A stretch of 63,988 nt of DNA, counting the filler, from Octopus bimaculoides (lineage: Eukaryota): the NCBI RefSeq assembly GCF_001194135.2. It is 4 parts of 4 records of this genome, joined end to end, with 100 filler letters (N's around TTAATTAATTAA, not from the genome) between each part and the next. Parts side by side here need not be neighbours in the genome. Positions count along the whole stretch, not along the records: positions 1 to 24,332 come from NC_069006.1; 3 more parts are not named here. One strand, given 5' to 3'. Each line of letters opens with the position of its first letter. The first letter of the stretch is position 1. A program made the translations under genes and the position numbers. Below are positions 1 to 12,245 of this stretch, one piece after another. Below the pieces are notes generated by a model. It made no database searches, had not been told where the DNA came from, and was given only the letters and a program-made list of their open reading frames with translations.

Positions 1-315
1 GTAATTCCTGGCAGAAATTTGAAGCTTCCACTTCTGATCACCCTTACCTACTGGGTCATGAAAGCAGCAACATCTTAATGAGAAAATTAAGATATTGAAA
101 TCTATTTCAATCATTAGGCTTACTATAAAGATTTGAAGGAGATTTGGTTATTATGTGAAGGCTGCTTTGTGACCCCTTATTCACACACACACACACGCAT
201 GCATGCACAATCATTTTGTTAAGGGAAATTATATGGTTGCTTAAATAAATATATATATATATATATACAATTGCAGCACGGAGGGTGCTTGTAGGCCATT
301 TGAGGGCACACGGGG

Positions 316-437
316 ACCGTTAGATTCACTTCAGCATTTAAACTGCAGCACAGAATTTTGTCAGTGAACAGGTCACGGTCTCAAAGTGACAAAAATATTT
401 TGGCAAACTAAATTTAAATGCTGAAGAATCTAACGGT
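316..437. repeat. Foldback (palindromic) element
   Basis: Arms accgttagattc-ac-ttcagcatttaaa / tttaaatgctgaa-gaatctaacggt. Confidence 0.6.
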
Positions 438-652
438 TTTGTGTGTTTTTGAATGGCTTATAGACACCTTCCATGCTGCAATTGTTTATCATGATATATT
501 ATTATAGTTATTATTGTGTGTGTGTGTGTATCAAAATCGAACCGAATCTGACAACTGGCACCCATGCCAACCTCTCCTTCATTGGACACTAATCTCTGCT
601 TGCGAAGACCTGTTGGGGCAAGTGAAATCCTAACTGAACCATACGTGATGAC

Positions 653-1105
653 TGGCACTGCGCCAGTGGAGCACTAACAGCACTGTCCGAGCGTGTTCAT
701 TGCCAGAGCAGCTGTCTGGCTTCTGTGCTAGGGGCCCGCAAATAGCACCATTTGAGCATAATCGTTACCAGTGTTGCCTTCTAGCACATGTGCTGGTGGC
801 ACGTTAGAAAATCATTCGAGCGAGGTCGTTGCCAGTGCCGCTGGACTGGCTCCTGTGCAGGTGGCATGTAAAAAACATCTTTTTGAGCGTGGCCGTTGTC
901 AATACCGTGTGACTGGCCCTTGTGCCGGTGGCACATAAAAACACTCACTACACTCTCTCGGAGTGGTTGGTGTTAGGAAGGGCATCCAGCTGTAGAAACT
1001 CTGCCAGATCAGATTGGAGCCTGGTGCAGCCATCTGGCTTGCCAGTCCTCAGTCAAATCGTCCAACCCATGCTAGTATGGAAAGTGGACATTAAATGATG
1101 ATGAA
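653..1105 (+). mobile_element. 5'-truncated 3' end of an RTE-type LINE (high-copy repeat)
   Basis: Shares the gaaactctgccagatcagattggagcctggtgcagcc...(gat)n tail with 18100-18465, 21541-21950, 29905-30122, 52436-52920 and 61765-61906. Confidence 0.75.
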
Positions 1106-1569
1106 CAACAACAATCTCTGAGATAGGCACAAGGCTAGAAATTAATTATTGCAATTTGATTGGTATCTTATGTTAATCAAACCTTGAATAATGAATAACA
1201 ACAACAATTATTATTATTACTATCGTAAATTTTAAGATAGGCCCAAGGATGGTACAACTGATATATAACTAGTGGTTAACAGGTGTTTTAGTCAATCATT
1301 GAATGATGATTGATGAAAAACAGAAATTTGAACTCAAATACCTAAGAAATATGTAACAAAGTATCACAAAGCATATCATCTGATGCTCAACCAATTCAGG
1401 TGTATACTCGTCTCAAGGCATTTTGTCTAAAGCTTTACCAGTTCTTTTGAACATTGCCTCAACAATAACAGTTTCTGGCATGGGCATGAGGTTCTCAATG
1501 TTTGGCATATACACACACACATGCATTAATGAATGATAAGGGGACAGGAATTATGTGATCAACTTCATT

Positions 1570-1650
1570 AGCTTACAGTTGTTTCTGCTCTAAGAAGCAT
1601 TGCGTTCAGAACTGAGTGTTTTTGCAACATCATATAGCTTCTTCAGAGCC
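1570..1650 (-). ncRNA. Minimal type I hammerhead ribozyme motif, slightly degenerate
   Basis: GGCT-CTGAAGA-AGCT...AGCA-GAAA-CAACTG-TA-AGCT on the minus strand. Confidence 0.6.
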
Positions 1651-1914
1651 GCAAAAATGAAGTATATCAAGGAAATTATAGGCCATTGTAAAATCATTCA
1701 ACTCAGAGTGCACTGCTTCTTATAGCAAAAACAGTTGTAAGCCAATTAAAGTTGATTACATAATTTCTGTTCCCTTGTCATTCATTAATTAATATTACAC
1801 TCTGTACTCAACTTATGTTTTATTCTGAAGAATATGTGTATTTATTGAGTTCTGACAACAGTATGTCTAAGTGAAATATTAAGATATATATATATATACA
1901 TACATATATATCTA

Positions 1915-2130
1915 ATTCTTTATTGCTCACAGGGGGCTAAACATAGAGGGGACAAACAAAGGGATTAAGTCGATTACATCGACCCCAGTGTGTAACTGGT
2001 ACTTATTTAATCAACCCTAAAAGGATGAAAGGCAAAGTTGACCTCGGCAGAATTTGAACTCAGAACGTAATGGCAGACGAAATACCGCTAAGCATTTCGC
2101 CCAGCGTGCTAACATTTCTGCCAGCTCACT
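1915..2130 (-). mobile_element. tRNA-derived SINE (family C)
   Basis: ctggcagaaatgttagcacg...ttctgagttcaaattctgccgaggtcaactttgcctttcatcc. Other copies at about 3045-3218, 23985-24190, 35432-35635, plus many older ones. Confidence 0.75.
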
Positions 2131-2229
2131 ACCTTATATATATATATGCACACAGACACACACATATATATATCTATGAATGTGTACATGCCTTTCTTTT
2201 TCTGGGCTCAAATCTCATTTGTGAACCCA

Positions 2230-2468
2230 TGGAAAAGCTCCACCAACTATTCTGCCTATATGTCTGTGCACACCTTTCAATGCAGTGTATGCCAGAAGGT
2301 TTGCAAATCCAACAGAGGCTCAAAAGACATTTTAAGATCCACAAAGATCAGAACTTATATGCAACTCTTGGTGGTCCAAATTGGATATGCAATCTATGTG
2401 AGTGTCTTTTCAGAACATTGTCTGGTTTAAAAAGCCACATCAGATGCCATGATGGTTTTAAGGTGTAG
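2230..2468 (+). mobile_element. Frameshifted pair of C2H2 zinc fingers, probably the C-terminus of an RTE LINE ORF
   Basis: QCSVCQKVCKSNRG/(frameshift)LKRHFKIH and WICNLCECLFRTLSGLKSHIRCH*. Isolated, no TGEKP linkers. Confidence 0.5.
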
Positions 2469-2513
2469 GGTACAGGTGGTTGTCAAACCCTACATAAGGA
2501 GTAGACCACAACC

Positions 2514-2554
<41 letters not shown>

Positions 2555-3240
2555 TGCATGTATATGGCCAATTATACCAACTGTCTTCCCTGAACCCCCT
2601 CCCCAGTACTTGATGGTGTTATACTTTATTGACCCTTGAAAAATGAAAAGCAAAGATCAAATAAGCACGTACAGGTAGGATTTGAACTCAGAACTTAAAA
2701 GTCTCTAACTAAATACCAGAAGATATTCTGTGTCCTGTTTTAATTATTCTGTTTTACACAGCCCCCAACAACAACAACAGCAACGATAATAATGATTTCA
2801 AATTTTGGCACAAGGCCAGCAATTTCAGGAGAAGGGTTTTAGTCAACTACATTGATCTGAATACTTGTCTGGTACTCTGTTTTATCAACCCCATAAGGAC
2901 GAAAAACAAAGTTGACCTCAATGGGATTTGAACACAGAACAAAAAGAATTTAATCTGATGTTCCAACAATTCTGACAAATCACCACCCTAACATTAATAA
3001 TGATGATAATAATAATAATAACAATAATCTTTTTTTACTCCAGGCCTTGAAAATTTTGGGGGAAGGGGACTAGTCGATTACATCAACCCCAGTGTCCAAC
3101 TGGTACTTATTTCATCGACTCTGAAAGGATGAAAGACAAAGTTGACCATGGCAGAATTTGAACTCAGACTATATAAAGATGGACAAAATGCCGTTAAGCA
3201 TTTTGCCTGGCACCGCCTTAAATAATAATAATAACAACAA

Positions 3241-3585
3241 GAGCACTCAGAGAGCGCAAACCTCCACCAAGGTAACACCAACGTCTTCTCAACAATTAGC
3301 CAGAGATGATTTTTAAAATGAGAATATCTGAAATAAACTCGACTGCTCTCACAAATGAGAATACTCAAAATGAACCTGACCACTCTCAAAAATTAAGTAG
3401 AAGAACCAGAATCCTTGTCCGGGACCAGGTCGATCCCAAACTCTAATCAGTTCATGCCAGTCACAAGACCAAACATCCCTGAAAGTTTCCTCTGAATCCA
3501 TCCAGCAGTACTTGAGATATCTTGTCCACAGACAAACAAACAAATACGACTGAAAACAATACCTCGACCTTCGTTAAAGCAGAGG
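3241..3585. mobile_element. Interspersed SINE-like repeat embedded in (TAA)n
   Basis: About 345-bp GC-richer unit (gagcactcagagagcgcaaacc...cttcgttaaagcagagg) with (taa)n on both sides. Confidence 0.5.
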
Positions 3586-4946
3586 TAATAATAATAATAA
3601 TAATAATAATAATCATTTCTAATGTAGATACAGAGTCATAACTTTGTGGGGAGGGTGTTAGTCAATTGGATTGTCCCCAGTATTTAACTGGTACTTTACT
3701 TTTTATTGACCTAGGAAGGCTGAAAGGCAAAGATGAAACTGGCAGGATTCAAATGCAAAAATAGGCACACACACACACACACACAGACTGTAGGTAAATA
3801 GCAGAGCACAAGATAGTTTGTGCCCTGCTCTACCGATTCTCTCATTCACTGCCATAACAATATCAAGGATACCAACTGTAACTTCGTCGAACCAGTAAGA
3901 GGCCCATAGCCAGGGCTCACTCACACACAGATTTACACAATTTATATAACAATTAGAGGAGCAAGAGGGTTGTTGGGCATAGGAACCAACAGACTAATCA
4001 TCCAAAGGCGAGAGTGGCAAGGGAGTGACAGTAACTTAATGCAGAACAAATATCAACAGGGCATTTAATTTGAAAGGTAACATCTTTTGTTTTATTTATA
4101 TTTTTTTTTCAGTTTATCTCATTGGTGTTCATGCCTTTTGTTGAAAAAGATAAATACACACATATATACACATACATACGCACACATATATGTACATTCT
4201 CACACATACATACACGTATACACACACATATACATATATATATACATATATATATATACACACTCACACACACATATATATACACATACACATATATATA
4301 CATACATATACACACACACATATATACACATATGTACATATACACACACACATATATATACACACACATACGCACAACACATATACATACATACACACAT
4401 ATACATACATACACACATATATACATACATATACACATGCATATATATATATATGCCAGCATGAAAAGATGATGTTAAATGATGATATATATACACAAAC
4501 GCACACGACACATATATAATAAATGGATTTTGGTACCAAAATTATCAACCATGATTGTTCATTTGCTTGATCGTCTAGCTAACGAGGTTTATTAAATTAA
4601 CATAAATGACTGAGTATTCCTAATTTGTAACTCTGAGGTGGATGGAATCAGCCTAATTCTTTACAGGTTCCCCTCAATAATCAAATTCTCTCACAAGATA
4701 TTGGACAGCCTGCAGACCATAACAGAAGAAACATGCCCATGGTGCCACTCAGATGGATTGAACCCAAAACCACGAATTTGCAAAGTAAGCTTCTTTCCCT
4801 ACACAACCAGGCCTACACCTATACATTAGACCAGTGGTTCTCAACTGAGTCCCATATGGCCCTTTAGGGTCCATATGAAATTTTGTTGTTAGAATTTATC
4901 TGCAATGAATTGGTTATACAGTTCTATATTTAAGAGACGAGGAATT

Positions 4947-5307
4947 ATTTACATTATTTACATTTGACGGATATTTGTCCTCATCTTGTTTGTTAATATA
5001 CTGATATTAACAACAGCTGATATACCCTTCAGCCTTCATCAGGTGTCTTGGGGAAATTTCGAACCTGGGTTCTCATTCCTAAGGTAGTTTTTGATGTTAT
5101 TATTATTATTATTATTATTATTCCGAGTTCAATTCCAAGCAGTGACCTGAATAATAATAACAACAACATCGAAAAATACCTTAGAACCTGTATAAATCAA
5201 GCTGGTATATGTATAATTTCCCCAAGACCTGGAGGGTATATCAGCCAAAACGTTGTGTTAACAAACAAGATGAGGACGAATATCCGTCAAATGTAAATAA
5301 TGTAAAT
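4947..5307. mobile_element. Palindromic Penelope-like terminal-repeat element
   Basis: About 50-bp near-perfect outer arms (atttacattatttacatttgacggata...), inner inverted blocks, and hammerhead remnants in both arms. Confidence 0.65.
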
Positions 5308-5384
5308 TGGTTATACTTCTAAAATACTTTATTAATTTTTAAATATTTTATCAATTTTTTTATACAATTCTTAATAACATTTTG

Positions 5385-5766
5385 TGGCACTGCGCCGCTT
5401 ATGGCGTTGAGGGTTCCAGTTGATCTGATCAGCGGAACAGCCTGCTCATAAAATTAACGTGCAGTGGCTGAACACTCCACAGACACGTGTACCCTTAACG
5501 TAGTTCTCAGGGAGATTCAGCATGACACAGAGTGTGACAAGGCTGACCCTTTGAATTACAGGCACAACAGATACAGAAAGAAAGAGTGAGAGAAAGTTGT
5601 GGTGAAAGAGTACAGCAGGGTTCGCTGCCACCACCTCCTGCCGGAGCCTCATTGAGCTTTAGGGGTTTTCGCTCAATAAACACTCACAGTGCCTGGTCTG
5701 GGAATCGTAACCGCAATCCCACGACTACAAGACTGCTGCCCTAACCACTGGATCATTACGCCTCCA
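5385..5766 (-). mobile_element. tRNA-derived SINE (family D)
   Basis: Minus-strand tRNA-like head (ggaggcg(c/t)aatg...agtggttagggcag...cgattcccagacc). Copies at about 8940-9235, 25968-26325 and 45532-45776. Confidence 0.8.
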
Positions 5767-6594
5767 CAATAACATTTAATCATAAAAATATAATAGGATT
5801 TCTTTAAACATTGAAATGGCTATAAGGGTCCATCCAAGTAAAGTAGGACTGAAAGGGGTCCATAGGTCAAAAATGGTTGAGAACCACTGCATTAGATTAC
5901 GACATATATTTGAAAATCAGAGTTGTCTTGTGTAGATTAACCAGACACCAGGTGTTCCCCTGTTTATACTTTTATTATATTATACATATACCAGCTTGAT
6001 TTATACACTGCCTGTAGTCGAGCCTTGTTTAGGCAGCTAAAACAACCCTGCTTTTTTAGATGCAGTTCAAGTTTGAATTTAAGTGTTGATTGTAGGGACC
6101 CATTATCTGACGTCATCTGAAATAAAATTGCTTTCTATTAGAGCAGCCTTTCTCAACCAGGGTTCCACAAAAGGTTCCTAGGTCTTCCGTGAGAAAGAGT
6201 GAGATAAGCTAATGTTAATTTCACTATTGTAGTATTACTATACATGCACAACATGTTATTGGTTATTGTAATATTGTAATAGAGACATCATCCTATCTAA
6301 CCTATCATGTTATTAAAATATAACAACCATTAGGGATGTATTTAGTGATGTCTGTAATTTATGGATACCGTATATAAATATATATATATATATATACACT
6401 CTTTTATTTGTTTCAGATATTTGACTGCGGCCATGCTGGAGCACTGCCTTTAGTCAAGCAAATCGATCCCGGGACTTATTCTATCAGTCTCTTTTGCCGG
6501 GGACGGAAACACCTCAGCATCGGTTGCCAAGCGATGTTGGGGGACAAACACAGATACACACACACGTATACACATAAATATATATATTTTCACA

Positions 6595-6758
6595 CATGAC
6601 AGGCTTCTTTCAGTTTCTGTCTACCAAATCTACTCAGAGGGCTTTGGTCGGCCTGTGGCTAGTAGAAGACACATGCCCAAGGTGTCGCACAGTGGGACTG
6701 AACCTGGAACAATGTGGTTGGGAAGCAAGCTTCTTACCACACAGCCACTTCTGCGCCT
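6595..6758 (-). mobile_element. tRNA-derived SINE (family B)
   Basis: ggcgcagaagtggctgtgtggtaagaagcttg...ggttcagtcccactg...gaaactgaaagaagcc. Copies at about 25086, 34365, 43500, 45345, 47960, 55447 (+) and 63575 (-). Confidence 0.8.
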
Positions 6759-7926
6759 ATAATAATTTTATAAATAATGATTGTCTTGAATGATTCATCC
6801 TTTGTATCACTTTTTCACACTGAACAAACAAAAAACAGTAAAACTTTTAAATCAATGACGTTGATAATAAATTTTTTTTCTCCTGTACACACGTGGTTTC
6901 AAGTACAGCACCACTGCATGGCACTTTGGGCAAGTGTCCTTCCCTATAGTTCCTGGCCAACCAAAGCCTTATANNNNNNNNNNNNNNNNNNNNNNNNNNN
7001 NNNNNNNNNNNNNNNNNNNNNNNNNNNNNNNNNNNNNNNNNNNGGCCCTATTTACAGTGTTTCATGTGTGTGTGTGTACTGCTTATTTCTCTGGGACCGG
7101 TATTCTCATTCAAGATGGAGACAAGAACCAATGTTCCCATGTGGCAGGCTTGAAACCATTGATAGCCTTATGGACCTATAAATACAAAATATTTATCTAC
7201 CAATTTGGTGCTGAGCAGTCACTCTCACTGCTTGATTATCCAAAATGGAGATGAGCACCGTTCCTCCAGGTAGTCGGCTTGAAAAATTAAGATATTTTTC
7301 TTAACATGAAACCAATAGTAGCTTTAATACAAATGAAGAAATGCTATCCACCAATGCAGTGTTGAGCACTCATTTTACATCATTCGACATTTACAAAGAC
7401 AGATGGATAGGCAGGTCGGTATATGGAAGGATATGCATAAGGCTGTGTTTGTATCTTTGTGCTGTGGTTGTCCACTACCACCACTTGAGAAGTGGTGCCA
7501 TGTAGTTGACATTTGTGTAACTTAGTGGTTTGGCATAACAGACCCAATATCAAAGTTGACCGTAGCAGAATTTGAACTCAGAATGTAAATTCAGAAGAAA
7601 TGCAGCTTAGCGTTTTGTCTGAAATGCTAACCATTCTGCCAGCTTACTGCCTTGAAAAGGACAAAAGGCAAAGTTGATCTGAGCAGGATTTGTGCTGAGA
7701 GCAGAAAGACTGGGAGATAAGTTACTAACAATTCTGCCAATAATCCTTTCTGCTATGGGCACAAGGTATGAAATTTTGGTGGCAGAGTAAGTCAATTATA
7801 CTGACCCCCTTAGAATTTGAACTCGAAACAGATACTGCAGAACATTTTGTCTGACACTGCAATAATACTGTCAATCCCCCACCCTAATAATGTGTGTGAA
7901 TTAAACTGTATATTAGGGTAGTGATG

Positions 7927-8024
7927 CTTCCATTACTGCACAGTTTCAACATTGATAATTATTGAAATAGTATGCACATACCTTTTCAGTGATCCATAAT
8001 GGTAAAACTGTGCAGTAATGGAAG
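7927..8024. mobile_element. Small MITE
   Basis: Perfect 19-bp inverted arms cttccattactgcacagtt / aactgtgcagtaatggaag. Confidence 0.6.
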
Positions 8025-8844
8025 TGTAATCAACCTGTTACTCTAGTTAATACACATATACCAAATCTACAACACTATTGAATCCTCTTTTTTTTTTTTT
8101 TTTTTTTNNNNNNNNNNTTTTTTTTTTTTTTGTTTTTAGCATTTCAGTATATGTATGCATGTATATAAACATAATATGTGTATGTATTCTTTTTGTTTAA
8201 CACCATTCTCTACAGGTTACCACTAACATTCACTCATGCCTCCATCCCATCATGAAATGATCCAACTATTGATACAAAGTGATCCAGACAACCAAATTTT
8301 ATGAGTGTTCTCCAAAGGGAGGCCCTATTCACAGTATTTTGTGTGCATGCACTGCTTGTTTGTCTGGGACTTGTCAAATGATGAAGACACCTCTGAAGAG
8401 ATTGCAAAAAGGGTCAGAAATGGATTTAGGTTATTCCTCATTATTTTTCATTCTATAGAGAAACAGGAGTACAGGACATGTTTGTATGTTTACACATAGG
8501 TTTATTTATATACATATATATGTATGTGTGTGTGTGTGTGTGTNNNNNNNNNNNNNNNNNNNNNNNNNNNNNNNNNNNNNNNNNNNNNNNNNNNNNNNNN
8601 NNNNNNNNNNNNNNNNNNNNNNNNNNNNNNNNNNNNNNNNNNNNNNNNNNNNNNNNNNNNNNNNNNNNNNNNNNNNNNNNNNNNNNNNNNNNNNNNNNNN
8701 NNNNNNNNNNNNNNNNNNNNNNNNNNNNNNNNNNNNNNNNNNNNNNNNNCACAGAAGTTTGGTGCAGGTTCAGTTTGACTGGCTCTTGTGATACCGTCCT
8801 GCCCATGCTAGCATGGAAAATAGATGTTAAATGATGATGATGAA

Positions 8845-8892
<48 letters not shown>

Positions 8893-9400
8893 ATACATAC
8901 ACACACACATACATACATATAACTGTCAATCTGTCAGTTATTGTGATGAGGGTTCCATTCGATCAACAGAACAGCCTGCTCATGAAATTAATGTTCAAGT
9001 GGCTGAGTACTCCACAGATGTCTTCTTTTAATGTAGTTCTCAAGGAGATTCAGCATGACACAGACTGTGACAAGGCTGGCCCTTTTGAATTACAGCTACA
9101 ACACATTGTTGCCAGCTGAGTGGACTGGAGCAATAAAGTGAAGTAAAGTGTCTCGCTCAAGAACACAATGCACCACCTGGAATCGAACTCATGACCATGA
9201 GCCAAGTCCACAAACCACTTAGCCACATGCCTTTAACACGTACATATAACTGCAGGAGTAAATATAAGTATGCAGTTGATTTTTGTCTATATATCTATAT
9301 ATTATAAAAATATGATCCGGGGATCTGAGTGCAGGAAGTTGATAAGCTTCAAGCAGTGAGTGGCAGATGTAAAGAACAAAAATTTCATTCAGCAAATCTC

Positions 9401-9467
9401 AGCCTGATGATTAGCTACATTGCATAACTATTACATAATGAGCTTCAGCTAAGAAACATATGTAGCT
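9401..9467 (+). ncRNA. Minimal type I hammerhead ribozyme motif
   Basis: AGC-CTGATGA-TTAGCT-(30 nt)-AGCTAA-GAAA-CATATG-TA-GCT. All core nucleotides present, 6-bp stem II, palindromic stem III. Confidence 0.7.
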
Positions 9468-9510
9468 TGCATTTTACCGCTGTTACTCCCTCTCAATTTG
9501 GATTTTTACT

Positions 9511-9557
<47 letters not shown>

Positions 9558-10789
9558 GAGAGAGGAGGAAGGTTTGTGGGTGTATAAAATAAAGAGTTTG
9601 TTTGCCGGTGACACAGGAATGCACCTTAGTGTCATAATGCATGCATCATACACACAGATATTCATCGGAACAAGACAATCGGATTCCAACATTCTTAGTG
9701 TATCTTAGCAAAAATATCTCTTTTGCACACATATATCTCACACATACACAAACATGAGCATAGGCTTGAAACAAAAGACTTTCCTTTCTCCCAGGTGTCA
9801 AACTAATACACTTGCTTGTTGTTCATACACCTGTCTTCACATATATATATATTATATACATGTATATATACATATTATACACACACACATTGTTGTCTGC
9901 TGATTGTATTTTATTTTTATTTTATTTTTCATTTTATTTTCATCAGAAATTTCTGAATAAACTCCAGCCTCTCGGCTATGACCAATTAATTGAACAAGAG
10001 ATAATTAACAATTTAAACATAATAAAACAATTATTTTTAATATAAACATATGTGTATTTTTATGAATGTATGTATATCTAAATGCAAATGTGTATGTATA
10101 TGTGTGTACCCAATACCTCGTTTTACACTTTCTCTTTGGACAAAACCTTATAACGAAGCTAGATATTGCAAAAGTCAAAGGACTAAACCCTGGAATATTC
10201 CTGCTAAGATTTGAACCCCTTTGTAAAGAAGCAACTAATGGTTTTATTAGTAGACACAAATAAAGCAATCAATCTGTCTGGTGAATGAAACAAGGCAAAA
10301 CATCTAAGATAAATGGACTAATTTTCAAAGCATTCGTGAAATGGTGGAATCGGCAAGTTAAGTGCTGAAATTCAGGTTGCATTGGAATTCCCAGCACAGT
10401 TGATGGGAATTATAGATGGAGGTAGACATCCAAAAAATTTAGTCATTAATATAAGCGAATGTCATGTATTTTATAAATGGTTGAATCTCAAAAATATTTA
10501 TCTCAAAGAAGGATCCAAGATGTGGAAAAGTAAAGCAGTGAAAGATGGTTTCGTATTTTGGTTACAAGTAAATGTCACCAGAGACTGGAAACCATAGCCA
10601 TTGCTTGTCTACAGCTCTCATTCTCCAATAGCAATGAAGAGCATTTCCAAATGCAGTTTGCCTCTTACTATATTTGATAGCAGAAAAGACAAATGAGCAA
10701 ATTAGATCCACAACAATTTCTGCAACACATATTCAAGAAAAAGAAGTGTTTCTCTTGAATTAATCCTTCAGTATTTAAAACATCCATAT

Positions 10790-12245
10790 CCTGCCTAGAT
10801 GTTCTACCTGCTTTATGTTCAAACCAGCCATATTCAGCCTCTCACACCTACCCTACAATGTCATTCTAAAAATAAGCAATCACAACAAAATCTCAAAGAT
10901 ACAAGTTAATGCATGATTAATTTAAAACAATGGATAAATGAACATTACATTTGACAGAGTAATCTGAATGTCAAAGGGTTAAAGCATGTAATAAAGGCCC
11001 AACTTTGCATTTAAGATACAATGTGATGTTTTTGAAGGCTTTTTTTTTTTTACTTTTAGAAAAAATGTGTGCCTTCTATGACATCAAATATAACAAGTGG
11101 AAAGTGGACAGAAAATCTTGAGTTACACAAAATTTATTTACTGAAGAAATCCACGGAGATTTCTGCCCTGCTATCAAACATAACGGTGAAGACAATATTC
11201 TCAAGTCAATGCTTTTCCTTCAAATCTAAATCCACTCCCAATGAGATTGCTTTTTATTCCACTAAACAGACACAATTTTTCTGTTTTCAAATCATTATTA
11301 TAGAACTAATTTTCTTGTTACCATATTTCTATTGAAATGTGCTGACTTTGTTTCAATTAATTTTGAAAATAATGAAAAATTTAGTAAAATAGCTTTGCCA
11401 TTATTAAGCTGGAGTTTGAAACAAATTAACACAGAATTTTGATGAAAGGTTTTAATTTAAATCACTTTAACCCTTTCGTTACTACATTTCCATAGAAATG
11501 CATTGTCTTCATTTCAATTAATTTTTAATGCAATGAAAAATTTAGTGAAATAACTTTGTCATTATTGAGCTGAAGGTTGGAACATAAATTAGCATAAAAT
11601 TTTGATGGGAGGCTTTAATTTAAAATCACTTTAACCCTTTTGTTACATATTTCCATAGAAATACATTGTCTTCATTTACTACAGGGTGTCCACAAAGTCT
11701 GGGTACACAGAGTAAATAGAATCATAACATAAACAATTAAATATAAGAAATAATAATTTTCCTTTTTTACTTTTGTTTAAATTAAATAAAAAAATACTTT
11801 ACTTTTCTAAATTTATTTGCGTTATTTATTTATGTTAATTGAGTTCATAAATTTATTAACATAAATTTATTTATGTTAATCGAGTTCACCTGAATTTTGT
11901 AAGGCGCATCAAGTTATGCATTGAAAATGATGGAAATCATTTTGAAATTATTATTTATTAGCATTATAATTAAATAAAATTGTTTTGTTTTAAAAGTATG
12001 TGTTAATCCCCATGCACCCAGACTTTGTGGACACCCTGTAGAATAACTTTGTCATTATCAAGATCATATATGAAACATGAAATTTCGATGGAAGGTCTTA
12101 ATTCAGACCACTTTAAGGTAAGAAGTTTGTAACCCAGAACAAGGAGTGAATTAATCCTGGCATAATAAAGGATTAATTCAAAACAACATGAATAAAAAAA
12201 AAAGGCATTACATTTGACAAAATAAATTGAATGCTAAAGGGTTGA
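10790..12245. mobile_element. Cluster of piggyBac-type non-autonomous element pieces
   Basis: Termini aaagggttaa (about 10980) and ttaaccctttcgttac / ttaacccttttgttac (11468, 11631), in about 165-bp tandem units. A related full unit lies at about 42813-43036. Confidence 0.55.
11682..12038. mobile_element. Tc1/mariner MITE
   Basis: TIRs cagggtgtccacaaagtctgggt / acccagactttgtggacaccctg, flanked by a TA TSD. Confidence 0.85.

Larger units (their letters stand above)
4832..5889. mobile_element. hAT/Charlie-like MITE with two nested insertions
   Basis: TIRs cagtggttctcaac / gttgagaaccactg; 8-bp TSD cattagac / cattagat. Confidence 0.8.

Noticed and set aside
416-470. CTGAAGA in the 316-437 palindrome as a hammerhead
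   Set aside because: No stem II or GAAA follows.
2070-2468. 132-aa ORF with C2H2 fingers as a zinc-finger gene
   Set aside because: It starts within a SINE and microsatellite, the first finger is frameshifted, and there are no TGEKP linkers. It fits an RTE LINE C-terminus better.
4087-4548. Many overlapping ORFs rich in H/T/Y/I or C/V/Y/M (also at 16.6, 18.7, 20, 37.3, 49.4 and 51.3 kb)
   Set aside because: Translations of (CA)n/(TA)n microsatellites.
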